The notes: generated by a model not told the origin, from the sequence alone. Positions 17,395 through 26,568 are shown, counted from the first letter of the stretch. The stretch: 58,906 nt of DNA from Oscillospiraceae bacterium (GCA_035593545.1 DAOSWK010000001.1:1-58906); one strand, 5' to 3'. Translations and numbers: made by a program.

Positions 17395-18330
17395 TCAGTC
17401 TTTCTTTTGCGCCTGAGCGATCTGTTTTGCGACCTCGTCGGCGAGGTTTTCCTCAGCCTTTTTCTCAAGGCCTTCACCTTTTTCAAAGCGGACGAATTCG
17501 GCAATTTTGATGCTGCCGCCGAGCTCTTTAGCAACTTTTTCCGTATAGGCCTCGACGTCAATATCCGGATCCTTGATGAAAGCCTGACGGATCAGACAAT
17601 TTTCTTTATAATATTTGCCGATCTTGCCTTCGAGCATCTTTTCCTTAACGGCATCCGGTTTGCTGGCCATCTTGGGATCCTCGTTGATCTGGGCAAGAGC
17701 GACTTCCTTCTCATGATCGAGAACGGATTCCGGCACGCACTTCGGGCAGACATACAGCGGCTGGGAAGCGGCGATCTGCATGGCGATGTCCTTGCCGTAT
17801 TCGGCAAAACCGTCCTTATCGGCCACGTCGGCATCAAAGCGAACCAGCACGCCGATCTTTCCGCCCATATGGACGTAAGAGGCGCAGTCGCCCTCGTAAC
17901 GGACGAAGCGGCGGATTTTCAGGTTTTCGCCGATGACGAGCACGTTGTCCTGAAGGATCTGTTGGAGGGTGCGCCCCTCCACATCGCAGGCAAGCAGGGC
18001 GTCTACGTCGGCCGGATTCTGTTCCATGACGGCCTTGAGGCAGACCTTGACAAAGGCGAGGAATTTGTCGCTCTTCGCGGCAAAGTCGGTCTCGGAGTTG
18101 ACTTCGATCACCGCGCCAACCTTGCTCTTCTGGCAATAATCGGCCAGAACGGCGCCTTCCGCGGCGATGCGGGAGGACTTTTTGGCGACGGCGGCGAGGC
18201 CCTTTTCACGAAGAAAATCGATGGCCTTATCCATATCGCCGTCGGTTTCCGTCAGAGCTTTTTTACAGTCAAGCATGCCGCATCCGGTGGTCTCCCGGAG
18301 GGCCTTGACATCAAGAGCGGTAAACGGCAT
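17395..18330 (-). CDS. tsf: translation elongation factor Ts
   Basis: VKALRETTGCGMLDCKKAL UBA-like N-terminus; 311 aa; directly follows rpsB. Confidence 0.95.
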   Translation of the reverse strand: MPFTALDVKALRETTGCGMLDCKKALTETDGDMDKAIDFLREKGLAAVAKKSSRIAAEGAVLADYCQKSKVGAVIEVNSETDFAAKSDKFLAFVKVCLKAVMEQNPADVDALLACDVEGRTLQQILQDNVLVIGENLKIRRFVRYEGDCASYVHMGGKIGVLVRFDADVADKDGFAEYGKDIAMQIAASQPLYVCPKCVPESVLDHEKEVALAQINEDPKMASKPDAVKEKMLEGKIGKYYKENCLIRQAFIKDPDIDVEAYTEKVAKELGGSIKIAEFVRFEKGEGLEKKAEENLADEVAKQIAQAQKKD

Positions 18331-19083
18331 TTATTTTTCCTCCCCTTCCGTCTCTGCGTCGGTTTCGTCGATCTTTTCCTGCGCGGCCGGCGTCATCTGC
18401 TCGCCCTGATGGCCTTCGATAATCGCGTCGGCCATGGTTCCTGCGATCAGTTTGACGGCGCGGATGGCGTCGTCATTGCCCGGGATCAGATAGTCGATCT
18501 CGTCCGGGTCGCAGTTCGTGTCCACGATCGCGACGATCGGGATACCCAGTTTACGGGCTTCGGCGACGGCGATCTTCTCTTTTCTGGAGTCGACGATGAA
18601 GAGTGCGCCCGGAAGACGATCCATGTCCTCGATGCCGCCGAGATACTTCTCGAGCTTCTCGATTTCAAGGGTCAACTTGCTGGCTTCTTTTTTAGTCAGG
18701 CGCTCGAACGTGCCGTCCTCTTCCATTTTGCGGAGCTGAGTCAGGCGGGCGATACGGCTGCGGATGGTTTTGAAGTTGGTGAGCATACCGCCGAGCCAAC
18801 GGGCATTGACATAATAAGCGCCGGCTCTTTCGGCTTCTTCACGGATGGAATCGGCGGCCTGCTTCTTGGTGCCGACAAAGAGAATGGACTTGCCGTCCGC
18901 AGAGAGATCGCGGACGAACATATAAGCCTCTTCAATTTTCTTGACGGTCTTTTGCAGGTCGATGATGTAGATGCCGTTGCGCTCGGTAAAGATATAGGGC
19001 GCCATTTTCGGGTTCCAGCGGCGGGTCTGATGGCCAAAATGGACACCGGCCTCAAGCAGCTGTTTCATGGATACGACAGACAT
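18331..19083 (-). CDS. rpsB: 30S ribosomal protein S2
   Basis: ORF 18331..19140 trimmed to ATG 19083 (AAAGGAGG upstream). [22 protein letters not shown]. The TAA abuts the tsf ATG. Confidence 0.95.
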   Translation of the reverse strand: MSVVSMKQLLEAGVHFGHQTRRWNPKMAPYIFTERNGIYIIDLQKTVKKIEEAYMFVRDLSADGKSILFVGTKKQAADSIREEAERAGAYYVNARWLGGMLTNFKTIRSRIARLTQLRKMEEDGTFERLTKKEASKLTLEIEKLEKYLGGIEDMDRLPGALFIVDSRKEKIAVAEARKLGIPIVAIVDTNCDPDEIDYLIPGNDDAIRAVKLIAGTMADAIIEGHQGEQMTPAAQEKIDETDAETEGEEK

Positions 19084-19218
19084 TGGATTTTTCCTCCTTT
19101 TGTTATTCCTCCACCCCACGCATCTCGAAAGAGCGGCCATTTCTGGTACATCGCCGGAACGATTGTGGGATGTGCGGATTTGCTTTGCGGAAACGGATTG
19201 CGATTCCGCAGCTTTTTG

Positions 19219-19247
19219 ATTATATCACGGGACGTTTTTCATTGCAA
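19219..19247 (-). promoter_or_regulatory. sigma-A type promoter for rpsB-tsf
   Basis: Minus strand TTGCAA (19247-19242), 17 nt, TATAAT (19224-19219). Leaves a leader of about 130 nt. Confidence 0.6.
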
Positions 19248-19271
19248 GATTTTTCTATATTATTTTTTTCT

Positions 19272-19568
19272 TTATGGGGATTTGAAAAAGCTCGCAAAGA
19301 AGCCTTTCTTCTTCGGTTCTCGGATCACGTCCGAGCGGATCAGGATGGTATCCCGCCCGATGGACTCCACCTTTTCCCAACCGATCAGGATCTCCTCCTC
19401 CCTGCCCAGCAACCCGAAAAACCGGAGTCTTCCGCCGATCACCAAAGCCAGCACTTTTTCGCTTTCCGTATCGACCAGCATGTCGTCGATGTAACCGAAA
19501 CTTGCGCCGTCGTTGAGGTTGATGACCTCCTTCGCGCGCAGTTCCTGCATGCGGATTCTCGTATACAT
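19272..19568 (-). CDS. ylmC: YlmC/YmxH-family PRC-barrel sporulation protein
   Basis: ELRAKEVINLNDGASFGYIDDMLVD...IGWEKVESIGRDTILI matches the YlmC/YmxH pattern. An alternative start is ATG 19550. Confidence 0.8.
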   Translation of the reverse strand: MYTRIRMQELRAKEVINLNDGASFGYIDDMLVDTESEKVLALVIGGRLRFFGLLGREEEILIGWEKVESIGRDTILIRSDVIREPKKKGFFASFFKSP

Positions 19569-20018
19569 TCCCCCTTTGGGAAAATCTATTCCGTTCAGAG
19601 AAAAAATCTGTCTGTCCGCTCATGCTCAAGCCGTTTTTCTTCGTGCTCAGAAAACCCGTTTCGGCGTTTCCCGATGGGTTTGGCTATGGCTCGTCCATCC
19701 GCCTCTCCATGCTCGATTGGGCCGAGCCGTCCCCAAAAACAGTCTCGCGGCAAAGGCTCCGGCATTCGGCATAGAAGATACGGCGGCTCCCGGGGAACAG
19801 CCGCCCGTATCTGCGGAGCATCCGTATTTCGGCCGGCAAAACCAGAGTGGATCCTCCCTGCTCTCTCCCCAACTCCATAGGCTTTCCCGGTTTTTTTCAT
19901 GAATTTCTTTTCCCGAAAGACAGACGCTTTTTTATGGATTTTTTCTTTATGCGTGCGGCTACTTTTGAAGAAAATATTCTTATATCCGCGATTGACAAAA
20001 TTTCACTCACGCAAAAGT

Positions 20019-20049
20019 GCATAGGGCTTTCCACTTTCGGACATGCTCA
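20019..20049 (+). promoter_or_regulatory. possible forespore (sigma-F/G type) promoter of sigG
   Basis: GCATA (20019-20023), 18 nt, CATGCTCA (20042-20049), compared with the remembered consensus GnATR-18-CATnnTA. Lies 35 nt upstream of ATG 20084. Confidence 0.3.
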
Positions 20050-20083
20050 TTTCGCAAGTATTTTTTGAGCGGGTGGTGCGGAA

Positions 20084-20854
20084 ATGTATTACGGAAAAGT
20101 GGAAATCTGCGGCATCAATACTTCCCGGTTGCCCGTGCTCAAAGAATCGGAAAAAATGGACCTTTTGCGGAAAATCAAAGAGGGGGATTCCTCCGCCCGC
20201 GAGCAGATGATCAGCGGAAACCTCCGCCTCGTGCTCAGCGTTGTGCAGAAATTCACGGGGCGCGGAGAGAACCCCGACGACCTGTTCCAAGTCGGCTGTA
20301 TCGGCTTAATCAAGGCGATCGACCACTTCGATCCGGGGCTCGACGTGCGCTTCAGCACCTACGGTGTGCCGATGATCGTCGGGGAAATTCGCCGGTTTTT
20401 GCGGGACAACAACGCGGTTCGCGTCAGCCGTTCCATGCGCGACACGGCCTATCGCGCCATGCAGGTCAAAGAGGATTACCTCAGCAAAAAGGGCCGGGAG
20501 CCGACCATGGATGAGATCGCACAGGAGCTCGGCATGGCACGGGAACAGGTGGTCATCGCGCTCGAATCCATTGTCGAGCCGGTTTCGCTTTACGAGCCGG
20601 TCTATTCCGACAGCGGCGACACGATTTACATGCTCGACCAGATCGGTGACAAAGAATGCGAGACCGGATGGCTCGAGGAGATCGCGCTCAAGGAGGCCAT
20701 GAGCAACCTCTCTCCGCGCGAAAAGAAAATCCTTGCGCTGCGTTTCTTTTCCGGGAAAACCCAGATGGAGGTCGCCTCCGAAATCCACATCAGCCAAGCA
20801 CAGGTCTCCCGGCTGGAAAAGGGCGCCCTCGATAAAATCAAAAAGCAGCTCTGA
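20084..20854 (+). CDS. sigG: RNA polymerase sporulation sigma factor SigG
   Basis: Near-colinear with B. subtilis SigG as remembered: KVEICGINTSRLPVL, GNLRLVLSVVQKF, DDLFQVGCIGL, GKTQMEVASEIHISQAQVSRLEK. Confidence 0.85.
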   Translation: MYYGKVEICGINTSRLPVLKESEKMDLLRKIKEGDSSAREQMISGNLRLVLSVVQKFTGRGENPDDLFQVGCIGLIKAIDHFDPGLDVRFSTYGVPMIVGEIRRFLRDNNAVRVSRSMRDTAYRAMQVKEDYLSKKGREPTMDEIAQELGMAREQVVIALESIVEPVSLYEPVYSDSGDTIYMLDQIGDKECETGWLEEIALKEAMSNLSPREKKILALRFFSGKTQMEVASEIHISQAQVSRLEKGALDKIKKQL

Positions 20855-20972
20855 CGGACGGCCCCGCGAACAAACGGCCCGCCGCATGGATGACCGCCTG
20901 ACGTCATTTTTCTCTTTACGATCGGATTTATCCCGGCGGCGGACCTGACAATGGTAAAAACCAGCAAAAAAA

Positions 20973-21020
20973 AGACCGGCGCTCCTCGAATATCGGGGAT
21001 CTCCGGTCTTTTTCTTTTTA
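20973..21020 (+). terminator. rho-independent terminator after sigG
   Basis: AGACCGG (20973-20979) / CCGGTCT (21003-21009) with inner TCCTCGA/TCGGGGA pairing, then TTTTTCTTTTT. Confidence 0.6.
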
Positions 21021-21164
21021 GAAAATAAAGGATACCGTAAAATTCAAATACGGGCGAAACACCGGACCGCGGCGGCTGGGCGAGCTAAAAAAGACGAGCG
21101 GCCGTACTTTTTCCCGAAAATAAAATTACCGTTCTGCACCCCGCTTTTCCCGTCGAAAGGCCCG

Positions 21165-22181
21165 TCACTCTCCGTAGCCGAAAGGATTTTTGCTCTGCCA
21201 GTTCCAGCAGTCCCGGCACATGTCCGCAAGCGAGCGTTCGACCTTCCAACCAAGCTCTTCGACGCTCTTATCCGGCGAGGCATAAAAGATATCCAGATCG
21301 CCCGGACGGCGCGGCTCGATCTTATAGGGAATCCTGACGCCGCTCGCCTTTTCAAAGGCGGAGACCACTTCGAGAACGCTGTGGCCGCACCCGGTGCCGA
21401 GATTGAAGGCGGACTCGCCCGGATGATGGTCCATGTATTCCATCGCGGTGAGATGGCCTTTCGCGAGATCGACAACATGGATATAGTCCCGCACACCGGT
21501 GCCGTCCGGCGTCTGATAATCGCCGCCCCAGACGTTGAGATACGGGTACTGCCCGACGGCCACCCGGCAGATGTAGGGCATCAGGTTGTTGGGAATCCCT
21601 CTCGGATCCTCCCCGATCAGCCCGCTCTCGTGGGCGCCGACCGGATTGAAATACCTCAGCAGCATGACCGACCACTCCGGATCCGCCTTTGCGGTATCCC
21701 GGAGAATCTGCTCGACCATGTATTTCGACCAGCTGTACGGATTTGTGCAGTTGCCGCGCGGGGACGTTTCACGGATCGGCAGTTCTTTGCCGATGTCGTA
21801 CACGGTCGCCGAGGAGGAGAAGAGAATTTTCTTCACCGCGTGCGCGCGCATCGACTCGCAGAGCGTGATGGCCGCGCCGAGGTTGTTGTCGTAATATTCG
21901 AGCGGCATCGAAACGGATTCCCCCACCGCCTTAAGCCCGGCGAAGTGGAGGACGGCGTCGATGCGGTTTTCCTCAAAGATACGGTCCAAGGCCGGACGGT
22001 CTCTGAGGTCGATCCGATAAAATTTGACAGGCTTCCCGGTGATCTGCCGCACCCTGTTTCCCGCCTCCGCGGAGCTGTTGGAGAGGTTGTCCGCAACGAC
22101 CACTTCCCTGCCCGCGTTCAGAAGCTCCACGCAGGTGTGGCTTTCGATATAGCCCATCCCTCCGGTCACAAGAATCGACAT
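21165..22181 (-). CDS. galE: UDP-glucose 4-epimerase
   Basis: ORF 21165..22262 trimmed to ATG 22181 (GGGAGG upstream). [10 protein letters not shown] Rossmann motif, YxxxK region ([11 protein letters not shown]), 338 aa. Confidence 0.9.
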   Translation of the reverse strand: MSILVTGGMGYIESHTCVELLNAGREVVVADNLSNSSAEAGNRVRQITGKPVKFYRIDLRDRPALDRIFEENRIDAVLHFAGLKAVGESVSMPLEYYDNNLGAAITLCESMRAHAVKKILFSSSATVYDIGKELPIRETSPRGNCTNPYSWSKYMVEQILRDTAKADPEWSVMLLRYFNPVGAHESGLIGEDPRGIPNNLMPYICRVAVGQYPYLNVWGGDYQTPDGTGVRDYIHVVDLAKGHLTAMEYMDHHPGESAFNLGTGCGHSVLEVVSAFEKASGVRIPYKIEPRRPGDLDIFYASPDKSVEELGWKVERSLADMCRDCWNWQSKNPFGYGE

Positions 22182-22264
22182 AATTCGGCCTCCCATCCCG
22201 TCTGATCCGTTGAATCTCTGCCGAAAACATGGTATCATGAATTTGGACTTATTGCAACGCAAAA

Positions 22265-23656
22265 ATGTCTCGGATGAAGAAGGTGGCTCTTTTGCGTCTC
22301 CATGGAATCGGGTTTGAAGTCCGGTATTCGCCGGCGCTGGAACCCGACTTTATGCCCATTCTGAAATTCAATCGGGCTTATCTGGAAAAAGCCTCCGTTC
22401 CGCTCGGGATCGCCCTGATGCGCCCGGACGGACAGACTTTTTGCTATGAGACAAAACTCCGCGGCACGCCGGAATCCTCTGAGGCGGACCGCTTTTATGT
22501 CGACCGCCTTGTTAAATCCCTGCTCTGGATGAAAGGTGGCTCGCGGCTTCTTGTGCGCGGCAGCGAAGAGATCTGCGAATCCCTAAAAGCCGCCTATGCG
22601 GAGAACGGCAGCCGCGCCTTTGATGCGAACTTCATGGCCGGAATTTACGGGCAGCCTTTTGAAGTTGTCTCCTGCGAGAATCTGCCGGAGGAAAAACTCG
22701 TCTCCCTGCCCGTCGGCGGGCATTTTGACGGGTGCCGGATCGGATTCGACGCGGGCGGCTCGGACCGGAAAGTCTCCGCCGTCATCGACGGCCGGCCCGT
22801 CTATTCGGAGGAGATCGTCTGGAATCCGAAGGAAAATCCGGACCCAGATTATCATTTTCGCGGGATCGTCGCGGCGCTCAAAACAGCCGCCTTCAAAATG
22901 CCCCGGGTCGACGCGGTCGGCATCTCCTCCGCCGGCGTTTTTATCGGCAACCGCACAGTATTTGCCTCCCTGTTCCGCAGTGTGCCGAAAGCGCTTTTTG
23001 AAAGCAAGGTAAGGGATATCTATCCGCGGGCAGTGAAGGAGATCGGGGACATGCCGGTCACGGTCTGCAACGACGGAGATGTCTCCGCGCTCGCGGGCGC
23101 CATGAATCTTGGGCGGAACAACCTGCTCGCCGTCACGATGGGTACGAGCGAGGCGGGCGGCTACATCGACGCATCCGGAGGCCTCACCGGCTGGCTGAAC
23201 GAACTGGCGACCATGCCGGTGGACCTCAATCCGCAAAACGGCCCGGACGGCCGGAGCGGGGATGTCGGCTGCGGCTCCCGCTATTTCAGTCAGGAGACCG
23301 TGATCCGACTCGCACCGGCCGTGGGAATTCGGTTCAGGGGATCCCTTTCCCCGGCGGAAAAGCTCCGGGAGGTGCAATGCCTGCTCGCGGAGGGACATAC
23401 CGGGGCAAAACGGATTTACGAATCCATCGGCGCCTTCCTCGGTCACTCTCTCGCCTATTACTATGACCTTTACGGGTGCGGCACCATCCTGCTGATGGGG
23501 CGCGTCGTCTCCGGAATGGGCGGCGAAATCGCCCTTAAAAAAGCGAACGAGGTGCTCGCCGGGGAATATCCGGAGACGGCGGAGAGGCTCTCCGTGATTC
23601 TGCCGGACGAGACCTCGCGCAGGGTCGGACAGTCGGTCGCGGCGGCGAGCCTCTAA
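22265..23656 (+). CDS. ASKHA-fold sugar kinase-like protein (ROK-family-like) with extra N-terminal domain; start uncertain
   Basis: [14 protein letters not shown] phosphate-1 motif, [29 protein letters not shown]. Divergent from galE. Confidence 0.6.
   Translation: MSRMKKVALLRLHGIGFEVRYSPALEPDFMPILKFNRAYLEKASVPLGIALMRPDGQTFCYETKLRGTPESSEADRFYVDRLVKSLLWMKGGSRLLVRGSEEICESLKAAYAENGSRAFDANFMAGIYGQPFEVVSCENLPEEKLVSLPVGGHFDGCRIGFDAGGSDRKVSAVIDGRPVYSEEIVWNPKENPDPDYHFRGIVAALKTAAFKMPRVDAVGISSAGVFIGNRTVFASLFRSVPKALFESKVRDIYPRAVKEIGDMPVTVCNDGDVSALAGAMNLGRNNLLAVTMGTSEAGGYIDASGGLTGWLNELATMPVDLNPQNGPDGRSGDVGCGSRYFSQETVIRLAPAVGIRFRGSLSPAEKLREVQCLLAEGHTGAKRIYESIGAFLGHSLAYYYDLYGCGTILLMGRVVSGMGGEIALKKANEVLAGEYPETAERLSVILPDETSRRVGQSVAAASL
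23606..23650 (+). repeat. direct repeat copy 1 (last 15 sense codons of the ROK-like gene)
   Basis: GACGAGACCTCGCGCAGGGTCGGACAGTCGGTCGCGGCGGCGAGC. Matches 23735-23779 at 43 of 45 positions. Confidence 0.9.
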
Positions 23657-23734
23657 ATTCTCTTTCACAACCGTTTTGGCCGTGTGGATTCCGAGGCGGA
23701 TGTTTTTTTCCCGGTCTGTCCGCTCCATTTCAAA

Positions 23735-23779
23735 GACGAGTCCTCGCGCAGGGTCGGACGGTCGGTCGCGGCGGCGAGC
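23735..23779 (+). repeat. direct repeat copy 2 (non-coding duplicate 129 bp downstream)
   Basis: GACGAGTCCTCGCGCAGGGTCGGACGGTCGGTCGCGGCGGCGAGC. Confidence 0.9.
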
Positions 23780-23921
23780 TTTCAAGCCGCCGGGCGGCTG
23801 GGTTTCAAAAGTGAAAGCTTGCAAAACTTCATGCTAAAATTTTTTCCGCCTGTTATTTTTGCCGGTGAAACAACAAATACTATTTTCGCTCAGGTTTCCA
23901 TTATTTTTTTCTCATTTTTCA

Positions 23922-23950
23922 TTGACAGCATCCGTTTCCCGCCTTATGAT
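23922..23950 (+). promoter_or_regulatory. near-consensus sigma-A promoter with no downstream protein gene
   Basis: TTGACA (23922-23927), 17 nt, TATGAT (23945-23950), with an A/T-rich UP-like tract upstream. Confidence 0.55.
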
Positions 23951-23956
23951 GAATTA

Positions 23957-24116
23957 GATTCCAGAAATGTTTCTAAACGGCCTGAAACCGCCCAAGAACA
24001 TGAAACCAGAATCATCCCGCACGGAACAACCTTTTATAATGGTACCGGATATCAAGATGATTGTTTCTGCTTATGAAAAAACCGCCATGACCCAAAATCA
24101 TGACGGTTCTTTTTTA
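23957..24116 (+). ncRNA. candidate small RNA (promoter-to-terminator unit, about 160 nt)
   Basis: Bounded by the promoter above and the terminator at 24081-24116. Internal long helix GAAACCAGAATCATC (24002-24016) / GATGATTGTTTC (24056-24067). No SD-preceded ORF. Confidence 0.3.
24075..24116. terminator. bidirectional rho-independent terminator
   Basis: ACCGCCATGA (24081-24090) / TCATGACGGT (24098-24107), 9 of 10 bp, with T-runs on both strands. It overlaps the TAA of the CNNM gene. Confidence 0.7.
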
Positions 24117-25340
24117 TTCCGTTTTCTGAATCAGGATCTCCGAGGCACGCATGCCCTCCGTCTCCAAAACGGTGAAACGCATTCCGCTGTGGATGAAACT
24201 GTCTCCCTTTTCCGGAACCTTGCCCAGCTCATCCATCACCCAGCCGCTGACCGTTGCGGAATCGACCCGTTCTTCCAGACCGAGATATTCAAACATCTCC
24301 TCCGGATCGGCGCCGCCGGAAATGTGATAGCCGTCCTCTTTCTTCACAAAATCCTCGATCACTTCGTCGTGCTCATCCCAGATTTCGCCGACCAGTTCCT
24401 CGAGAATATCCTCCATCGTGACGACGCCGAAGGTCCCGCCGAATTCGTCCGTCACAATGGCCATATGGCATTTCGCCTTCTGCAACAGCTTGAGCAGGAC
24501 TCCAATTTTCATCGTACAGGGCACAAAAAGCGGCTGCTGGAGGATCTTCTCCAACGTGAGATCCGGGTCCTCCGTCATCCGGTGAAAATCTATTTGGTGG
24601 ATAAACCCGACGATGTCGTCGATGCTTTCCCGGTAGACCGGCAGACGTGAATAGCCGGATTCAAAGAAGACCTTCTCGATCTCCTCCTTGGTGGCGTCGA
24701 GCGGAACCGCGGCCAGATCGACGCGCGGCGTCGCGATGTCGGCGGCATCCTGATCGTTAAACTCCAGTGCGGAACGGATGAGTTCGCTCTCTTGACTGCC
24801 GATGCCGCCCTCCTCCTCCGCCACCTCGACGATGTTCATCAGCTCTTCCCCGGTCATCCCGCGCTGATCCCCGCCGCTGACGAGCTTGGAGATGAATTTT
24901 TTCCACATCGAAAAGATCCAGTTGACCGGCGTCAGCAGGAGCATAATTCCATGAAGGATCGGCGCGGAGAATTTGGTAAACGTCTCCGGATATTCCTTAG
25001 CCAGACTTTTCGGCGTGATCTCGCCGAAAAGCAGCACCAGCACCGTCATCACGACCGTGGAGACCGTCGCGCCGGAATCGCCTATGTAGTTGACAAAAAA
25101 GACCGTGGCGATGGCCGTCAAAGCGATATTTACAATGTTGTTGCCGACGAGGATCGTGGAAAGGAGTTTATCGTAACTGTCGAGCAGCCGCAGCGCCAAC
25201 GCGGCGTTTCCGTTTCCCTTGTCCGCCTCGATCTTCAATTTGGTCTGGCTTGCGGTATTGAAAGCGGTCTCCGTCGCAGAAAAATAAGCGGAAAACGTCA
25301 GCAGAACCAGCATGACCAAAATTGTTGTCGTGGTATCCAT
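24114..25340 (-). CDS. CNNM/HlyC-CorC family transporter (DUF21 + CBS pair + CorC_HlyC)
   Basis: ORF 24114..25421 trimmed to ATG 25340 (GGGAGG upstream). FSATETAF DUF21 start, CBS region, C-terminal transporter-associated domain. Confidence 0.85.
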   Translation of the reverse strand: MDTTTTILVMLVLLTFSAYFSATETAFNTASQTKLKIEADKGNGNAALALRLLDSYDKLLSTILVGNNIVNIALTAIATVFFVNYIGDSGATVSTVVMTVLVLLFGEITPKSLAKEYPETFTKFSAPILHGIMLLLTPVNWIFSMWKKFISKLVSGGDQRGMTGEELMNIVEVAEEEGGIGSQESELIRSALEFNDQDAADIATPRVDLAAVPLDATKEEIEKVFFESGYSRLPVYRESIDDIVGFIHQIDFHRMTEDPDLTLEKILQQPLFVPCTMKIGVLLKLLQKAKCHMAIVTDEFGGTFGVVTMEDILEELVGEIWDEHDEVIEDFVKKEDGYHISGGADPEEMFEYLGLEERVDSATVSGWVMDELGKVPEKGDSFIHSGMRFTVLETEGMRASEILIQKTE

Positions 25341-25374
25341 GAATAAAAAATCGACCTCCCGTTTTGTTTCAAAA

Positions 25375-25416
25375 CGCAAAAAAGCATAACCTTTCCGTGA
25401 AGCGCAAAGGTCATGC
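25375..25416 (-). terminator. intrinsic terminator inside the 5' leader of the CNNM gene (attenuator or expression platform)
   Basis: Minus-strand RNA GCAUGACCUUU / AAAGGUUAUGC forms 11 bp. Its only irregular pair is G.U on this strand and would be A-C on the other strand. Followed by UUUUUUGCGUUUU, ending about 35 nt before ATG 25340. Confidence 0.6.
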
Positions 25417-25509
25417 CTCAAAAATTTTTATTTGCTGAGCACCCTCCGGGGTCTCCGTCATCCATAAAATAAGCCCTTTCCAGCGGTCCGGTCCTCGCTT
25501 GACCATTTT

Positions 25510-25538
25510 ATTATACAAAAAAAGGAAAGCCCCGTCAA
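25510..25538 (-). promoter_or_regulatory. sigma-A type promoter of the CNNM leader
   Basis: Minus strand TTGACG (25538-25533), 17 nt, TATAAT (25515-25510). Confidence 0.55.
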
Positions 25539-25545
25539 GAGGCTG
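25517..25545 (-). terminator. rho-independent terminator after mnmA
   Basis: Minus strand AGCCUC / GGGGCU (one G.U pair), loop UUGAC, then UUUCCUUUUUUU. Overlaps the promoter above. Confidence 0.45.
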
Positions 25546-25551
25546 CGTCTC

Positions 25552-26568
25552 TCAGAGGATGATGCCGCCGCCCAACACCTCGTCGCCGCGGTAAAGCACC
25601 GCGGACTGGCCCTTTGTGATGGCGCGCTGCGGCGTGAGAAACACCACGCGAACCGTGCCGTCCGGCAGCACCTCGGCGCAAGCTTCCGACGCCTTATGCG
25701 CATAACGGATCTTGCACTGCACCCGAAGCGGCTTCTCCGGCGCATGACCGGAAATCCAGTGAAAGCCGCCGGCCAGCAGTTCCCGGCCGAACAGCTCCTC
25801 GTTTTTGACAAGTAAAACTTTCCGGCTCGCCGGATCGATCCCGCCGACATAAAGCGGCTCCGGCAGAGAGAGACCGAGCCCTTTCCGCTGGCCGATCGTG
25901 TAATGCGCGACGCCCTTATGACGCCCGAGAACGCTCCCGTCCTCCGCCACGAAATCCCCGGGCTCCGAGCCGCAGCCGTGCCTCAGGAGGAATCCGCCGG
26001 TGTCGCCGTCCGGGATGAAACAGACATCCTGAGAATCCGGCTTCTCCGCGACCGGGATTTCGGCCTCCGCGGCGATCTGACGGATTTCGGCTTTTGTCCG
26101 CTCCCCCAACGGAAAAATGATGCGGGAAAGAAGTTCCCGCGTCAAATTATAAAGCACATAGCTCTGGTCCTTTTCCAAGGCGGCGGCGCGGAAGAGCCTG
26201 CCCTCCGCGATCCGGGCGTAGTGGCCGGTCGCGATCTTTTCGCAGCCCAGCTTCTCCGCTTCCGCGAGAAAGGCCGGAAATTTGATAAACCGGTTGCACC
26301 GGATACAGGGATTCGGCGTCCGCCCAGCCTCATATTCGGAGAGAAAATCGCCGACGACCTTCTCCGCAAACAGCTCCCGGAAATCGAACACATGGTGCGG
26401 GATGCCGAGAAAGTCCGCGACCTGTTTCGCGTCCTCGGCGGCGGCAAGCCCCGCATCGCCTTCATTCAGAAGGAAGGTCGCGCCCTCGATCTCCCATCCC
26501 TGATTTTTCAGAAAAAGAGCGGATACGGCGCTGTCAACCCCCCCGCTCATCGCAATCATGACCTTCAT
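25552..26568 (-). CDS. mnmA: tRNA 2-thiouridine(34) synthase
   Basis: AMSGGVDSAVSA PP-loop, TPNPCIRCN, ATGHYAR. Confidence 0.95.
   Translation of the reverse strand: MKVMIAMSGGVDSAVSALFLKNQGWEIEGATFLLNEGDAGLAAAEDAKQVADFLGIPHHVFDFRELFAEKVVGDFLSEYEAGRTPNPCIRCNRFIKFPAFLAEAEKLGCEKIATGHYARIAEGRLFRAAALEKDQSYVLYNLTRELLSRIIFPLGERTKAEIRQIAAEAEIPVAEKPDSQDVCFIPDGDTGGFLLRHGCGSEPGDFVAEDGSVLGRHKGVAHYTIGQRKGLGLSLPEPLYVGGIDPASRKVLLVKNEELFGRELLAGGFHWISGHAPEKPLRVQCKIRYAHKASEACAEVLPDGTVRVVFLTPQRAITKGQSAVLYRGDEVLGGGIIL

Noticed and set aside
19595-19900. ORF 19595..19900 (101 aa, MKKTGKAYGVGERAG...) in the ylmC-sigG gap.
   Set aside because: Weak or no SD, an Arg/Pro/Gly-rich product with no motif, and overlap with equally long ORFs in other frames. 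It is treated as non-coding pending a homology search.
23777-23830. Hairpin AGCTTTCA...TGAAAGCT followed by GCAAAACT, as a seventh, degenerate member of the Y-element family.
   Set aside because: It has only one inner hairpin (AGCCGCC/GGCGGCT) and no third helix. The flank similarity is limited to GACGAG and GCAAAACT, which is not enough to assign it to the family.
23684-24076. ORF 23684..24076 (130 aa) downstream of the ROK-like gene.
   Set aside because: It starts in the duplicated gene-end fragment, has no SD, runs through a promoter-like AT-rich tract, and has an odd composition. It is better explained as a non-coding scar plus the sRNA candidate.
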